Origin: Lama guanicoe
Lineage: Eukaryota
Direction of reading: 5' to 3'
NCBI GenBank assembly: GCA_013239625.1
Contig: MU053652.1
Coordinates: forward strand, 5,571,902 to 5,635,901
DNA length: 64,000 nucleotides
The translations under genes and the position numbers were made by a program. Of the stretch, positions 23,911-36,777 are shown piece after piece. Position 1 is the first letter of the stretch. Each line of letters opens with the position of its first letter. The notes under the pieces were generated by a model, which searched no databases, had not been told where the DNA came from, and saw only the letters and a program-made list of their open reading frames with translations.

Positions 23911-26900
23911 CACATCTTGGTTCTCATTTTCCCTCTTTCTATGCCTTCCTAGTAGATATTTTCTTCTGGGTATCCTAGAATCCACCACCCTGGGCCAGCT
24001 CACAATTTTGATGCAAAGTTGTGTTAAAACTGAGACTCAGACAAAAAGTTAGAAAGTCAGAAAGAATCTAAAGGAAAAAAAAAAAGCCAGAAACGCAGTG
24101 GTGCACAAAGCATGCTTGCATGTTTGTACTCAGAGAATATAAGTTTTTGACTCTTTCCTCCTTTATGTGCCAAAATTATCTTCAAAACTATTTCATATGA
24201 AACAAAATGTATGATAATAATGGCCATAAAAGAAATGCAGATGGTAGAAATATTTTTATCCAGTCTTCAATTATATGTATAGGCCAGTGAAAAGTTTAAA
24301 AAAAAAACCCCAAAATATGAAGTAAATGCTTTGTATGAAAAAGGAAAAAAAAATAATGGATTGGTACTTTTTAATTACCTTCAGATAAATTTTTGAAAAA
24401 GAGGTGAAAACTTTATTCATTGACAGTAATGAATAACGTTAGAGTTTGCTATCAATCAAGTGACAAATAAGGATAGTAGGAAAGAAGAGGCTTCCATTTT
24501 AAAGATACTGAAATTCAGTAAAATAATTTGTGTGTGAAGTAAAATTTGCACTTACCAAATAAAAATACATCTCCCATTTTGCACTCGTTTCATTGGTTTA
24601 CATTTTTTTTTAACACATGTAAAAATTCCAGTGGTCGTGCAGAATTAATGCAAGTTTGTTTCTCTCCTGCAATTAATATCCTGTCACTGTTTATTTCAAA
24701 TCTATTATTAAAATGTAGGAATATGGAGTCTCAACAAAGGTTGGAGACACAAACTGTGCCCAAAGTGAACTGGAATGATTCCTGAAACTTCATGGACTCA
24801 TGGAATGAATATGAGTGTCTGAGACTCCCTGTGTCTGGAGTCAGCTACATAAAAGGGAGTTCTCTGAATTCTATTACTTGTAGATTTGAATGTATATTAA
24901 AAGATGAGTTGTAAAAATGTGCTCATTTAAAGTTTGCACCTATATTATTAAAACCCAGCAGTAACCACAGCAATTGTTAGGACATATACAACAATTTTTT
25001 TTTATTTTTGTGAGGAGGAATATTTCATTACTTATTTAGAAGTGCCGGGACATGGGGATAATAAAAAGGTAGACTTGCTTTTTGTAATCGGCTTTACTAT
25101 TGTTCTTACGTTTTCTACAGGCAGCATCCCGCTTTTGCCTGCATCTTGGTCAAATTATCTTCTTTTTTCCACCTTTTACATGCCCTGGAAATGCCAGACC
25201 TTTTTTTTTTTTTTTTTTTAAACTTGCATTGCCTAAATTTTAAAAGGAGGTTTTAGGGTTAGTGATTTCTCTTTTAATAAAGTAAACTTTCAATTTCGTT
25301 CAGCTCATGCCTGCAGATCATAATTTTTAATCCAAACACAAAGGGAGAAAAAAATATCCTTTCCTTTGATCAGGAAAAAGTATTGTCTGGAAGATTAAAA
25401 TGTGTCAGTCACACCAGAGGCCACTTGAAGGTGAACCAATATTAATTTTAACATGTCATTTAAGAAGAAATATCAAGATCTTTCTTTAAAAAAAGACTTA
25501 AAGCAGAATAATGCAGCATATTTTTATGAGGAATTTTTGTATAAAGGTGTGAGAAAGCAAAAGGCTGGAATTCTCAGGTATCTTCTTCTCTGTGCTATTT
25601 TAACCTGTGAGATAATGAAACTATTTTTTTTATTATTACTGAAAAGAAAGCAGTCCTTTCTCTTATATTAATTTTTCCCATACTTGGAACAGTCAGTGTT
25701 GCTCATGCCAGGGGGCCACCTGCACAGACGGTTACACTGTCCCTGGGAATGTTTTGTGCACCAGCCAATCTTTGGATGGAGGCTCAATGCCCGTGCCCAC
25801 GTGGGACGTGCAATAGGATAAAAACCAGGCCGATTCTGTGTGGCCCTCATTCATCACAACTTCAGAGAGCAGGGGCATTAATCTCAGTTGCTGAGTTCCT
25901 GGTGAAGAAAAGCTCTAAATTTATGTGGTCTTTAGTGAATTCCCTAGAAGTTAATCTTAAGCATTTAATTTCTAAGCTTTTTATGTTTTCTATTCTTGAC
26001 TCACTTTGGGCCCCATGTATGAAGGAGAAGGGGAAAAAAAAATCACAGGAAAGGAGCAAGAGGAATATTCAGATAGCCAGATATTGGCCTGTAAATATTG
26101 CTTCATGTGGGGAGGAGCAGGGACTCAGGATTAAGCTGTCCACTATTATTTGAAACAGGTAGAATATTAAAGAAAAAAATTCCTTCCATTAACCCACTTA
26201 CAAAGGTCTGCAAAGGTGACAGTTTTCATTACTGGAATGTTTTTCTCCTGGTGGACGTAAGCATCATATTTATCTTCGTGAACCTCCTGACACTTGCTAA
26301 AATCCTTATTTTATTAATTCTCAGATTTTGAAATTGTCAGAAAAATGCTGCTGGGGCTCTTAGATCATGTTGCTTTTTCTCATCCACATCTTACTTCTCT
26401 GAGTCCTCCTCTCCCATCAGGGTAGCCTCCTTCCTCTCTCTCCTCCAGAAACACCCACCTGCCCCAGGACTAGCAGCTTCTTTTGGAATCTCCTCTCCTG
26501 GCTACGCATGGGAGGGAAGAGACTAAAGAGGAGGGCGTCAAAAAGTGGACGAAGGTGAAAGAATTCAGTGACAGTGACTCTGTTATAAAAGGGAGACAGG
26601 TAAACGGAAGGAAGCATGAAAGCCATTTAAAGGTATAATTCAGATGGAAGACAGTTTCTTAGGAAACAATTAGAGGTGAGAAAATTAAAAGGCTAAATCT
26701 GTGAAGTAGTGGCAAGAGAAGCCCTGTTAACAATGTGAAGACGTTGTGATGACAAAGCACTATCTGAAAAACTAGGTCAATATGAAGAAAGACAATGTGG
26801 GCGAGATGATAACATTTAAAGCGGCAGTGAAAGACAGCTTTGGAAGGGATGCCTAGGTTTATAATGTCAATTTGTTCATTAACGAGTCTATTAATCCCTG

Positions 26901-27029
26901 TCAGGATTCAGGATTATCATTATTACTTAGTTAGGAAACGGAGAGTTCCCAAACATTTGCAGTGTTTCGATATTTATCTAAGAGATTTTTCTTGGGCAGT
27001 GAAATTGGTTTAAAAACTAATTTCAGTAT

Positions 27030-27310
27030 GTGCCTCTTCATCAAATTATCACCTTCTTAGAGAGGCCATTTCAGACCACCTTATCTAAAAAATAACATCT
27101 TCCGTCGTTTTTCGTCTGGTTTAGTTTCTTCATAGCACTTAGCACTATTTGAAACCTTAATATTTATCTGTATCTATGTATTATCTGACTCTTCTGCTAA
27201 AAGGGAGCTCCTTGAAGGCAAGGGCTTAATTTTGTTCACTGCTGTATCCTCAGGACTTAATAACCAGACACATAGTAGAAGCTCAATGTTATTTGTTGAA
27301 TAAATGATAA
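27030..27310 (+). mobile_element. L2 3' end
   Basis: ttcttcatagcacttag...gctccttgaaggcaaggg...ttgttcactgctgtatcc...tttgttgaataaatg. Confidence 0.8.
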
Positions 27311-27319
27311 TTATAGTAG

Positions 27320-27480
27320 CTAACATTGATTAACAGACTCACTTAATATTCATGTAAATCCCAAGCAGTACATCCTGTTATGAACTCCATTTTACAGTTG
27401 ATAAAACTGAGGCACTGAGAGGATGAGTGCTTGCCCAATGCCACCTGGTGACTGGTGAAGCAGAGATATAGTAGTCCTAA
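27320..27480 (-). mobile_element. MIR
   Basis: ccattttacagttgataaaactgaggcactgagagg...cttgcccaatgccac. Confidence 0.7.
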
Positions 27481-27984
27481 AAAGGAGAGTTCATTTTGGA
27501 CCAAAAGGGACAAGACAGACTTTGAAGGAGAGGTTAAAACAAGCTGAGTTTTGAGATGGGGAGTTTTGAAATGGAGAGGAAACGGCCAGGAGCTTTGTGT
27601 TCGGATGAGGAAGAGCATGTCTAAGCTAGAAAAGAAGTTTTCCATGAAGATTTGCATAAAGGAACATGGTGTGATGACATCGGAGGGTGCATGAAGGCCA
27701 GACTGAGGTTGAAAGTAAATTAACTGTTCAATTATTTAAAATTAAAAAAAACAGTGCATAGATCTTTTTTGAGTCTTATTGAACTGTTCTCCTAATCAAG
27801 ATGAATTAGTGAGGTCTTACTGTCTGGTTCCATTTCAGAAAGGACCACGAACAGATTGTTTGGGACCCTTGCTTTTTAGGGATCGTTCCAAGCAAAATTG
27901 TACAACGGGCCATGTTCGTCCTGCTGATTTTCTCCATGCGGGAACAGACAGCATACCCCAAAGGGGTGATTAAAAAGAGATTTT

Positions 27985-28230
27985 TCCCATTAAAATCTTT
28001 TTATGATGGAAACATTCAAACACATACCAAAGCAGAGAGAAAATTATAAAGAAGATCCATGTACTCGCATACCGATCTCTTTAGCTTTGACGATTACCCA
28101 CTCACGGCCAGGCATGCTTAATTTAAATATTATTTTATCCCGAAATATTTCCAGATCTATCTCTAAAAGGTAAAGACCACTTTAAAAAGTAATCACAATA
28201 TCATTATCACTCCTAAAGAAATGTATATTT
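27985..28230 (-). mobile_element. Old L1 (L1MC/ME-like) 3' fragment
   Basis: ttttatgatggaaacattcaaacacatacc...aatcacaatatcattatcactcctaa. Confidence 0.6.
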
Positions 28231-28244
28231 CTAAAGAGAGTTGC

Positions 28245-28625
28245 TACTGCAGGGGCAATTTACAAAGAGATTAAGAGTTGAGGGACTTCAGCAAGGGTTG
28301 GAGAAGCACTCAAGGGTCAGCTGTACGGGGAGCTACTTGGCCTCTGTCTAGGCTTGAAGAGATTCCTGAAACTCACAGAGACCTGGAGCTGGAGGAGAGG
28401 TCTGCTTGGAAGGAGCTGTGGCCCTGGACAGAGAAACAGAGCCACTGACAACCTAGCAGGGAGAGAATGGGGGCTGCACGTATCCCAACCGTACTTCCCT
28501 CCTGCCTTCTCATCCCTGGCAAGTCCTTTCCGTGGACTAAACTCTACAGGCTGGTGTATGGTTCATGGAAGTCAGCCTCCCAGGCACACAGCAGAATGGA
28601 GAAGGATAGAGTGGATTTGGAGCTG
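28245..28625 (-). mobile_element. ERVL solo LTR (LTR33-like)
   Basis: ggagctgtggcc...gtcagcctcccaggcacacagcagaatggagaaggatagagtggatttgg; similar to the 18410-18825 copy. Confidence 0.65.
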
Positions 28626-29216
28626 CCACTCAGCCTCACTTAGCATCCCCCTGTGGGCTTCTATGTCATGCCTTCTTCTAAGGATGCCTTTGAGACATGC
28701 CTTCGCTACACTGTACCCCAGACCCTGGACCTATCACCCACCACCCACACAACTAAAGAAAATAATCTTCTCTCTCAACCCTGATAAGCCTGTGGGGTTA
28801 GATATCTTGGTAAAGGAAGACCTTTCCCTTGTCCCTTCCAAAAACCATTCCTATTTACAGCTGATCTTGATGCTATAAAACGAGAACTACATTTTAATAT
28901 ACCAGCCTCAGACATTGACAAATCAAGGCATAAGGAAGCTCCTCTAACTGCCTTTCGAACTTGCTCTGCTTTACTGTGCACCAATTAGGTTTAAAATATT
29001 TAGAAGAGAAAAAGTAGTTCTGGTTCATTTAAGACAAGCCTCCAGTAAGAGGCAGTTTGGAGTTTGCTGTTGGAAGCCTGCAGGGGTTATAAAATGCAGA
29101 GTCTAGTTAAATAAATCCTTTTACTATTAACTCCCTAGTAAGACAGGAGGGAGGAACCAGAAGAATTGTTAGTCTAACAAAAAGAGAGAATAGGAATTAC
29201 TTTCAGTTAATACTTG

Positions 29217-29230
29217 GTTACCTTGGCAAC
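29217..29230. promoter_or_regulatory. RFX X-box motif
   Basis: GTTACCTTGGCAAC, one mismatch to the palindromic consensus GTTRCCATGGYAAC. Confidence 0.5.
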
Positions 29231-29725
29231 CGTTCCCTGACTGGAAGAAATCCAATCCGGAGTCTTGATTAGGTGGAAGAGAGAGACCTTGGGTCCTCCT
29301 TTCTGCATCTTTCTCTTCTGGCCTGGGAGAAAAGGAATTAGGAAGCGGGTGCATAGGACAAAGCAGATGGGGACCAGCCTGGAATGGAGCTATGGGTGAG
29401 AGGCAGCGGTGACTGGTGGACAGTGCCTCTCCGCTGGAGCAGAGGTTGGGGTACCAACAAGGCTCAGAGCCCTGTGAGGCTTTCTAAGCAGCAAAACCCA
29501 CCTGGACCTCCTGCTCTTCACAGCCTGAAAGACCGCAGGGCCTCAGACTGTCTTAATTCCAGGAGAAAAACAGATCTGCAGCTTTAGAATTTTTCCAACA
29601 TAAAGGAATTTTACACATGATGCATATATAAAAGTCCAACACTTTAATAGTTGAAGAAACAGACCAGGAAGGTTAAGGGATTCATCAAGAATCACACCGC
29701 TAATGATGGTGTGTGATGAAAGGTA

Positions 29726-29913
29726 CTGCATTACATCTGCTGTAAGATAACACATTCCAACATCCCAGAAACCAAGAACTGTCTTACAGATGATGTGATA
29801 CGAAGGTACCAAGTGCCAGTTTACTTGGCAACATTTTTTTCTTGCATCATGACGCATGAAATAATGGTGTATCTTTTAATCTAAGGTGATACCCTAGATC
29901 CATTGAAATATGG
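29726..29913 (+). mobile_element. TcMar (Tc2-group) non-autonomous DNA transposon, MER104-like
   Basis: Imperfect TIRs ctgcattacatc / cattgaaatatgg; internal ttggcaacattttttt...aaataatggtgtatctt. Confidence 0.65.
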
Positions 29914-31181
29914 TCGACAGGGACAGAAGAACGATGCTCAATATTATTATGACTGTCTTGTTTATTCACATCCTAGAGAGATTAGTTATTTAATTGAAAT
30001 TATTAACAGATTTTTTATTGGTGGAAAAAGTACAGTCAAGTAAAGATGGTATGTTTCCCTTCAGATATCAGCGGTCAAGTCATCAGTGGAATCAATCTAT
30101 CTGTTCTGTTTAAGCAGCACCACTGTGCACACGCGCACACAATATGCACACGATATGCACACACAACATGGACACGCATTTCACAGTAACCTAATTCTCA
30201 CGTCAGCACCCCTTCAACTGCTGTCCTGACTAGAGATGACTGAAGCTGGATATCAGGGCTTGGTGACGACAGGTGATGGGAGGTACTCGGAGGAGTGTGG
30301 GCAGAAGGGAAGAATTAGGACCAGCAGTCAGGCTCCATCTGCCTCAGCTGCACTGGGATGGGCCTGGCTCTCCATGTCTCACAGACTGGTTTCCTCCTTT
30401 GCTGTTCTTGTTTTTCCTAACACTTCCTGCTTCCCTCCTCTTTCCTGTGCTTCTCTCAAAGGCCAGGCTACCAAAAGGATTGGGTTTATTTGTTGGAGAT
30501 GGGAACCCTGTAGCCTGGTCATCACCCTACCTCAGGTTCATGGGCCTAAAAAATCTGTGTGGTGAGCTGTATGCCAGGCTCATTTCCTGCCTTCATTATT
30601 TTTTAAAGAAAAAAATTGTTTTTTCTTTTATACCAAAATCTCAAGCTGATTATAAAATCTTTTTAAGCAAATGAGAAAAAGTATAGCGAAGAAAGGAAAA
30701 ACGATGACCCCAATCCCATCATCCAGAAATAAACAGTGAACTTGACTGACTTTCTCCCCAGAACGGAGACCTGCTTGTTTCCACAAAGAAAAGGCAGCGC
30801 AGGCTTTGGTGCTTTGGAGTTTGATCCACGTTACTAACTCCGGAGAGTGTGGCAGGGAGCAGGCCAGCCCAGCGGAGGCGGGGCAGCTGTTAGCCTGTCT
30901 GGACCCCAGTCTCACCTGTAATCCAGGTGATGCTAAATGTCTCCTGCTTGGGTGGTGACCACCATTCCCAGGAGGGGGTCACCACATGTCTTAGATCCTC
31001 CCTCAATTCATCCTGTAGCCCATAAGCTTCTCTCTTGCTGGAGAAGTGCTGTTTCTCTTCCAGCAGCCTCTCCATAGCAAAGGGGGCAAAAAAGGCAGTC
31101 CGCTAAGCTTGCCTCTCTCCAGATTGATTGCTGATGGGAGGACTCAGGATTTTACAGCGCCCCAGGGTAACTTGTGAGCAC

Positions 31182-31198
31182 TGTGTGTGTGTGTGTGT
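31182..31198 (+). repeat. (TG)n microsatellite
   Basis: tgtgtgtgtgtgtgtgt. Confidence 0.9.
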
Positions 31199-31974
31199 GG
31201 CCGGGGTGACTGAGCCTTCAGCACAGTGCCCCTCTGGTCCACGCCAGAATCTTCTCTTCCCTCACTCACTGTTTTTTGAGGTAATGGCCTTAGGTTGGAG
31301 ACCTTTCTTTGTTTGCCATGTGTTGATCAATTTTTGTTTTACTTTTTTCCCCCTAGGTTTTATTTCATTAAGTTTGGGAGAGGGAAATGACATAAGCCAG
31401 TTTATTCTATCACCCAAGCCTCGGAGTCCCAATGGCAGGTTCCCACGCTCAGTTGAGCGTAACTTTGGAAACCTCGCGAACCACCCTTCTTAGAAGGACG
31501 AGCTGCAAGTATCCGAGGGCCTCCAATGTTGGATGGGTTCTGTCTAAGCAGAAAGTGCCTATATGCTCCCTCTCCTTTGCTATAGTGTTAGGTTAGTTAG
31601 TGTTTTCTTGAAAGAGATGTATGTTAATAGGCTTTAAAAGATCGTTTTCTAGTTCTCTCATGCTTAGCCGATGCTTTTATAAAATCTCCCTGTCAAATAT
31701 GTTCTTTTACATTCTGTTAGAGTATTTGTTCTTTAGTGTAGCTTTGCTTTCTGACAGTGGAAGCAAAGTCAATTTTTAGAATCATCTTTTATTTGCAAAA
31801 ATAACAAAGTAGCATGCCTTGGCCTTTCAAGCGTATTTTATTGCAGTAAAGTGCAGTATCAGTCCTTCGGGGAGATATCCAGCATTTGGTTTTTTTTTTT
31901 TTTTAAATTTAGAATGCTCTTATTTAATGAAGAGACGAGTCCTCTCTTTGATCTATTTTCCATTTATTTTTTTA

Positions 31975-32111
31975 AAAAACGATTTTATTTTATTTTTGCA
32001 AGGGGAAGTAATTAGATTTATTTATTTATTTTTTAGTGGAGGTACTGGGAATTGAACCTAGGACCTCATGCATGCTAAGCATACACTCTACTGCTGAGGT
32101 CTACCCTCCCC
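31975..32111 (-). mobile_element. tRNA-derived SINE (camelid vic-1-like)
   Basis: Minus strand ggggagggtagacctcagcagtagag...ggtcctaggttcaattcccagtacctcc plus A-rich tail; homologous to 39154-39298. Confidence 0.85.
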
Positions 32112-33025
32112 ACTCCATTTTCCATCTCCAAAGATCAGTGGCTGTATACACAGGTACAGCGGCGGGGATGGGGAAGCCCGTGGCAAAATGACTACAGTCT
32201 GATTTACTAAGCGAGGAGTATCTTAAGGAGATACACCCAGATTAATAATTACTATGATATATTTGAAGGTCACTTTTCAGCCCTATCCTTTTTTTTTTTC
32301 TCCTGGAGGCTTAAGTGTTTTTTTTTCCTACCCTTATTCTTCCTGGCATGTTTGACAACTATATTAAAATCATGCTATAAGCTTTTGTAGAACTGCTCCA
32401 ACAATGTCTTATGTGTAAAGTCAGTGGTGGTTTATCTAGAAGCTTTGTCTGTGTTTCTTTTCTCCCCATATTCTATGTAACAATTAATCAGGTCATCTTT
32501 AAAAATAGATGCCGGGTGGCTAAATCCAGCATGCATTCAGACAGTGTTTCCTTTCCATTAATTTTCTGCGTTCACGAGAACTTTATCTTGCATCTTATTA
32601 TCAAGCAGTAACTAAAGACTTAACTTTGATGAGTAATCTTAGAGAAGAGAACCTTGTGGATCAGATCTGTTACAAAAACAAAAACAAAAAACAAACAAAC
32701 AAAAAACTTGGTTCACCAGGAGAGCAGAAAGCAAAGGTTTCAGTTCCTTCTCTGTGGTCTGCTACAGCCAAGATTTATGCCCTTGCTCCTTGTCTACTGT
32801 TTACTCTTACTGAACTTGGATGCGGGAAATCTTGTGTCCGCACTATTTCCACACGACCTTTCTATTGTGCAGTGTGCTTTGTGGCATGTTGGGGGACCAA
32901 CAGGACTAGTTTGGGGAGTGGGTATGCTGTCATTCTAGTTTTGGGTAGGGCGCTACAGGGAGCCTGCCACACGGAGGCAGAGAGAGAACGGGGACCACCA
33001 ACTAGCCATGCATTGCTGCCACTTA

Positions 33026-33039
33026 CCACTAGAGGGCGA
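33026..33039 (+). promoter_or_regulatory. CTCF core motif
   Basis: CCACTAGAGGGCGA matches CCASYAGRKGGCR exactly, with the CpG retained. Confidence 0.6.
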
Positions 33040-33789
33040 TGAAAAGACCAGAAGAGTTTATTCAGCCATCTTTTGAGTATGGCTGGGATGTCCCATCTCC
33101 ACCAAATGCTTGGATGACCACAGGATTCCACAGTGAGAGTGTTGTATATGTGAAATAGAAAAGACAATCTGTGTCAAGCCTTCCAGAAGCCTGTTCTGGG
33201 TACTATCCCATGTCCTTCCAGCCTGTCAAGCTCTTATCCCTGACCTGGCCTCAATGGCATACTCTCTTGAGATGGAATAGGGGCATCTCTGAGAACAGAA
33301 ATTTTAGGGCCATCAGACCTGACAAAGTCTGTGTTCATTTGTGCAAACTCTTTAGTTGCTATGTTATATTTTTTCTATCTATTCTAATAAATGCCAATTA
33401 CTTCTCATTTTCAGCCTCCAATCCTCTGTCATGATGTTATTTGTTTATTTTCATTAGATCTCATGTCCACAGAGTTAAGTTAACACCATCCTTAGTCTAC
33501 AGCACATCATCATCATTGATTGGTGCAAAACCCTTTCTTGTTTTATTTTCTTTCTCTTTAATCTTCTCTGATCACCGCTTCAGTTCCCTCCTCTCCTTTA
33601 GCATTCACTCTGGGGTCTTTGATCTATGCATTAAATGTATGGTATCTTAAATATGTGTGCATCCTTGTTAAATACGCAGTGCTGTTTTGCAGTGAACGTG
33701 TTTTTAATGTTCATCAATGATATTGTACAGTAAATCTTGCCCCGTTTTCTGCTTTTATCCCTCAGCTCTACCTAAGTAGCTATGTGTAT

Positions 33790-33905
33790 TGTTAATGTCT
33801 GGTTAGGCTGCAGTTACAACCAATCTCCTAAATTTCAGTGTCAGCAACAGCACAGGTTTTCTTATTCATACTACATACTTGTGATTTGGGTGTAGTTCTG
33901 TTCAA
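33790..33905 (-). mobile_element. MaLR LTR fragment (MLT1J/K-like)
   Basis: ggctgcagttacaac...aaatttcagtg...aacagcacaggttttcttattca. Confidence 0.5.
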
Positions 33906-35039
33906 AATTACAGTTATTACTATATCTTCTGCTAAACCTTGTTGTGTGTTGCATTAATAAAGGAGAACATATAGTACTGGCCAAAGCCAGGTGCTAGTCT
34001 GCATCATGTGTGGTGGGTTTAAGGAGGGGAGGCTGATGGTATGCCTGGCTTAGAGTTCATAGCATCAAGGTCTGGACTTGAACATCACATTTGCTCCCCT
34101 CCCTGTCCATACATTGCCTCTCCCTCCTCCATACTGGCTGCCATTTTTCTTACACATTGGGTTACTACCAATCTTTTTCTCCTGTGTTTCTTCACAGTCT
34201 TTATATTAGGTCTTCAGATTCGTGTGCTTTTCTTTTCCTTTGTGGCTTTTCTAGGGTTGGGCTAGGGGAGGAATTCAGTAGCTCTTGCATGCTGGAGAAA
34301 AACTTTTTATGTTTACACGTAGTAGTCCCTATAGAGTTATTTTACAGAAGTCCTGAAATGTGTGTGCCAATACATGGTCTTGTCAGTGAGAGGTGAAGGA
34401 TCTTAGTAACGGTACTTTTTCTCAGAAATCTTCCTTATGACATGGCATCCCTATAAACATAGCGAATCCCCGCTAGAATCAGCCACAGCCTGTAACAGTA
34501 GGCACTGCTAGTTATTAAACAGCCATTAGCTGTCAAAGAGCACCTCAGTCCTCAGTTTCCCTCCACCCTCCACTTTTGTGCTGAGCCCCATCTTATAAGC
34601 TGAGAGATCTCTTGACTTGCTTCCAATTGCACAGATCCCATATTAAATTAAAATGAGCACAAGAGGGACAGGACTAATTTCATTCTTTCTGTACATCCCG
34701 AAATATTCCTGACTTGTGATTCCAGCCCATTTGTATGCACATTTTATAAAGCTTATGTTTATTGAGTGGATTTTAAGGAGTCTGCATGACAAAATTTGTG
34801 AATAAAACTTTTGTGAACCAAACTTGTCATGTGGTCCCAGATAACGTCTTTCTGCTTTTTCCTTTTCCTTTCTACATGGGCCAGTCTCAGCATATGTAAT
34901 ATTGTCTCCTTCAGTGCATGCGGTAACTCAGTTTTTCCCTCCCCAAGTACAGATAGTTTAAAAAGACATTTAACTACTGGCTGTGGTATGCTCTTCGTTG
35001 GCCTCTCTCATGTACTTTGTGTGTGTGTTTGGGAAAATT

Positions 35040-35345
35040 TGAATTTTTGTAATTGAAGCATAGTCAGATTACAATGTGTCAATTTCTGGTGTACAGCATA
35101 ATATTTCAGTCATACACATATTCATTTTCAGATTCTTTTCTGTTATCGGTTATTACAAGATGTTGAATATAGTTCCCTGTGCTATACAGAAGAAACTTGT
35201 TTATATATTCTATACATAGTAAATATTTGTAAATCTCGAATTTATCCGTTCCTACCCACTTTCCCCTGGTAACCAGAGGTTTGTTTACTCTGTCTATGAG
35301 TCTGTTTCTGTTTTGTAGATAGGTTCATTAGTGTCTTCTTTTTTC
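35040..35345 (-). mobile_element. Young 5'-truncated L1 3' end
   Basis: attgaagcatagtcagattacaatgtgtcaatttctggtgtacagcata...gaatatagttccctgtgctataca. Confidence 0.85.
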
Positions 35346-36189
35346 ATACTTGTTCAATGAACTAACTATTTTGGAAGATGTTTTATTTTAAATGATGGAT
35401 GACAGTTAACATTATGTCAGATGAACCACAGAAAGAACTGTATCCTGTTTCAAGAAAGTAAATTTCCCCAAACAACAGAGCTGTGACCGTAGAGTATAAA
35501 GATACCAGAAATGCCGAGCTGAGTTAGATCAGACTAAATCGATGTATCCTGCTCGGTGCTCCGGCTGTGACAAGTATACGAGTGGCACTTTGTGGGGAAG
35601 TGAGGGGTGGGTGCACCCTGCTGACACGGTAAATAGCTCTAATTTCTACTCAATGACATGTTGGAACTATCATCCTTGGGTTATAGCTAACTCCTTCTTG
35701 GAACCTGCTTATATTTTCAAGTCTGTACCAGTTCTCAGAATCAAGAGTTTTGTGTTTGCCACCTGCTGAGTAAAGTAACATTCCTTTTTATTTATTCTCC
35801 AGCCACCTTCTTCAGGCTTCAAGGGGTGCCTCTAATACCAATATTCTGGAATTTGGCAAATGAGCAGAGTTTTATTTCCGTAACCCCTTGTGACTTTTGT
35901 AATATGTTAGGCATCTTTTAATCAATACCAACTTTTGTGTTTCTAGACTGTTTGAGTTAAAAAGAAAAGACCCAATAGAACAAAGTAATCAGTATTCATT
36001 TAAAAATCTTTCTATCTTTCAGAAGTTTTATTCAAAACCCAATAGTGTATCTATAGAAAGAGGTCCTGGAATCAGTTTAAAAAGAAGACAAGATTGAGTC
36101 CACAGGTTGGAAAAAGGAAATGTCAGAATGAATTGATAGCTAAGAAATAGTCATTTGTTTGCTAAGTAGGTGAACAGCAAGACTCATTT

Positions 36190-36460
36190 CAACAGAAATC
36201 CCATTATCTTACTCTGTGCAAGTGACTTTTCAAGTCACGGGGAACAAAGGTTAAATAAAGTGTGGTTTTTTTCCATGCCCAACGGCAAGGTCAAGGACTG
36301 AGTAGGGGTGGGCTCCTCAACTCTGGGAAAGACAGCTTTGTGGAGGAGGTGGCATCTGAGAAGGAGCAGGAGTTTACAGTGGGCGGGCTGGGGGAGAGAA
36401 AGGCCTTCCAGTGAGGGGGGGGATCCCGTACGAAGCCTGGAACTTGGAACAACATGGAAA
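36190..36460 (-). mobile_element. L2 remnant
   Basis: gggaaagacagctttgtggaggaggtggcatctgag. Confidence 0.5.
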
Positions 36461-36763
36461 TACTTTGGAATAAACCAGGAAATAAACTGGAATAGCTGGA
36501 ACGTAAATTACTGGAATGGAAGCAGCTGGAAGGACTGAGCTGGATCCTGAGAAAGACAGCTGGGTTTGCTCTATTATTTTTCTGAGTTCCAGGGAAGAGT
36601 GTTTTTCTCAATCCTAGAAAGCTGGACTATCAGAATGATGGTTTTTTCCCTCAAAGCTTTTCTCCTGATTCCAGCATGCAAAGAAAGCATCATTTGCCTA
36701 GAGAATCGGGGTCATGTGGTGCTTCTGCTGATTCCCCGGATCCTGTTTCCGGAACCCCATGGC

Positions 36764-36777
36764 CCTCTAGGTGGCAT
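36764..36777 (+). promoter_or_regulatory. CTCF core motif
   Basis: CCTCTAGGTGGCAT, near-consensus CC(A/T)CTAGGTGGCA, in a locally CpG-richer patch. Confidence 0.5.

Noticed and set aside
28354..28878. 174-aa ORF, the longest in the track
   Set aside because: Its 5' half lies in a decayed LTR33-like LTR, the start is non-ATG and there is no recognisable domain.
36465..36525. Short GGAATA/CTGGAA repeats as a CRISPR-like array
   Set aside because: Irregular low-complexity repeats with no constant repeat-spacer period, in a eukaryotic context.
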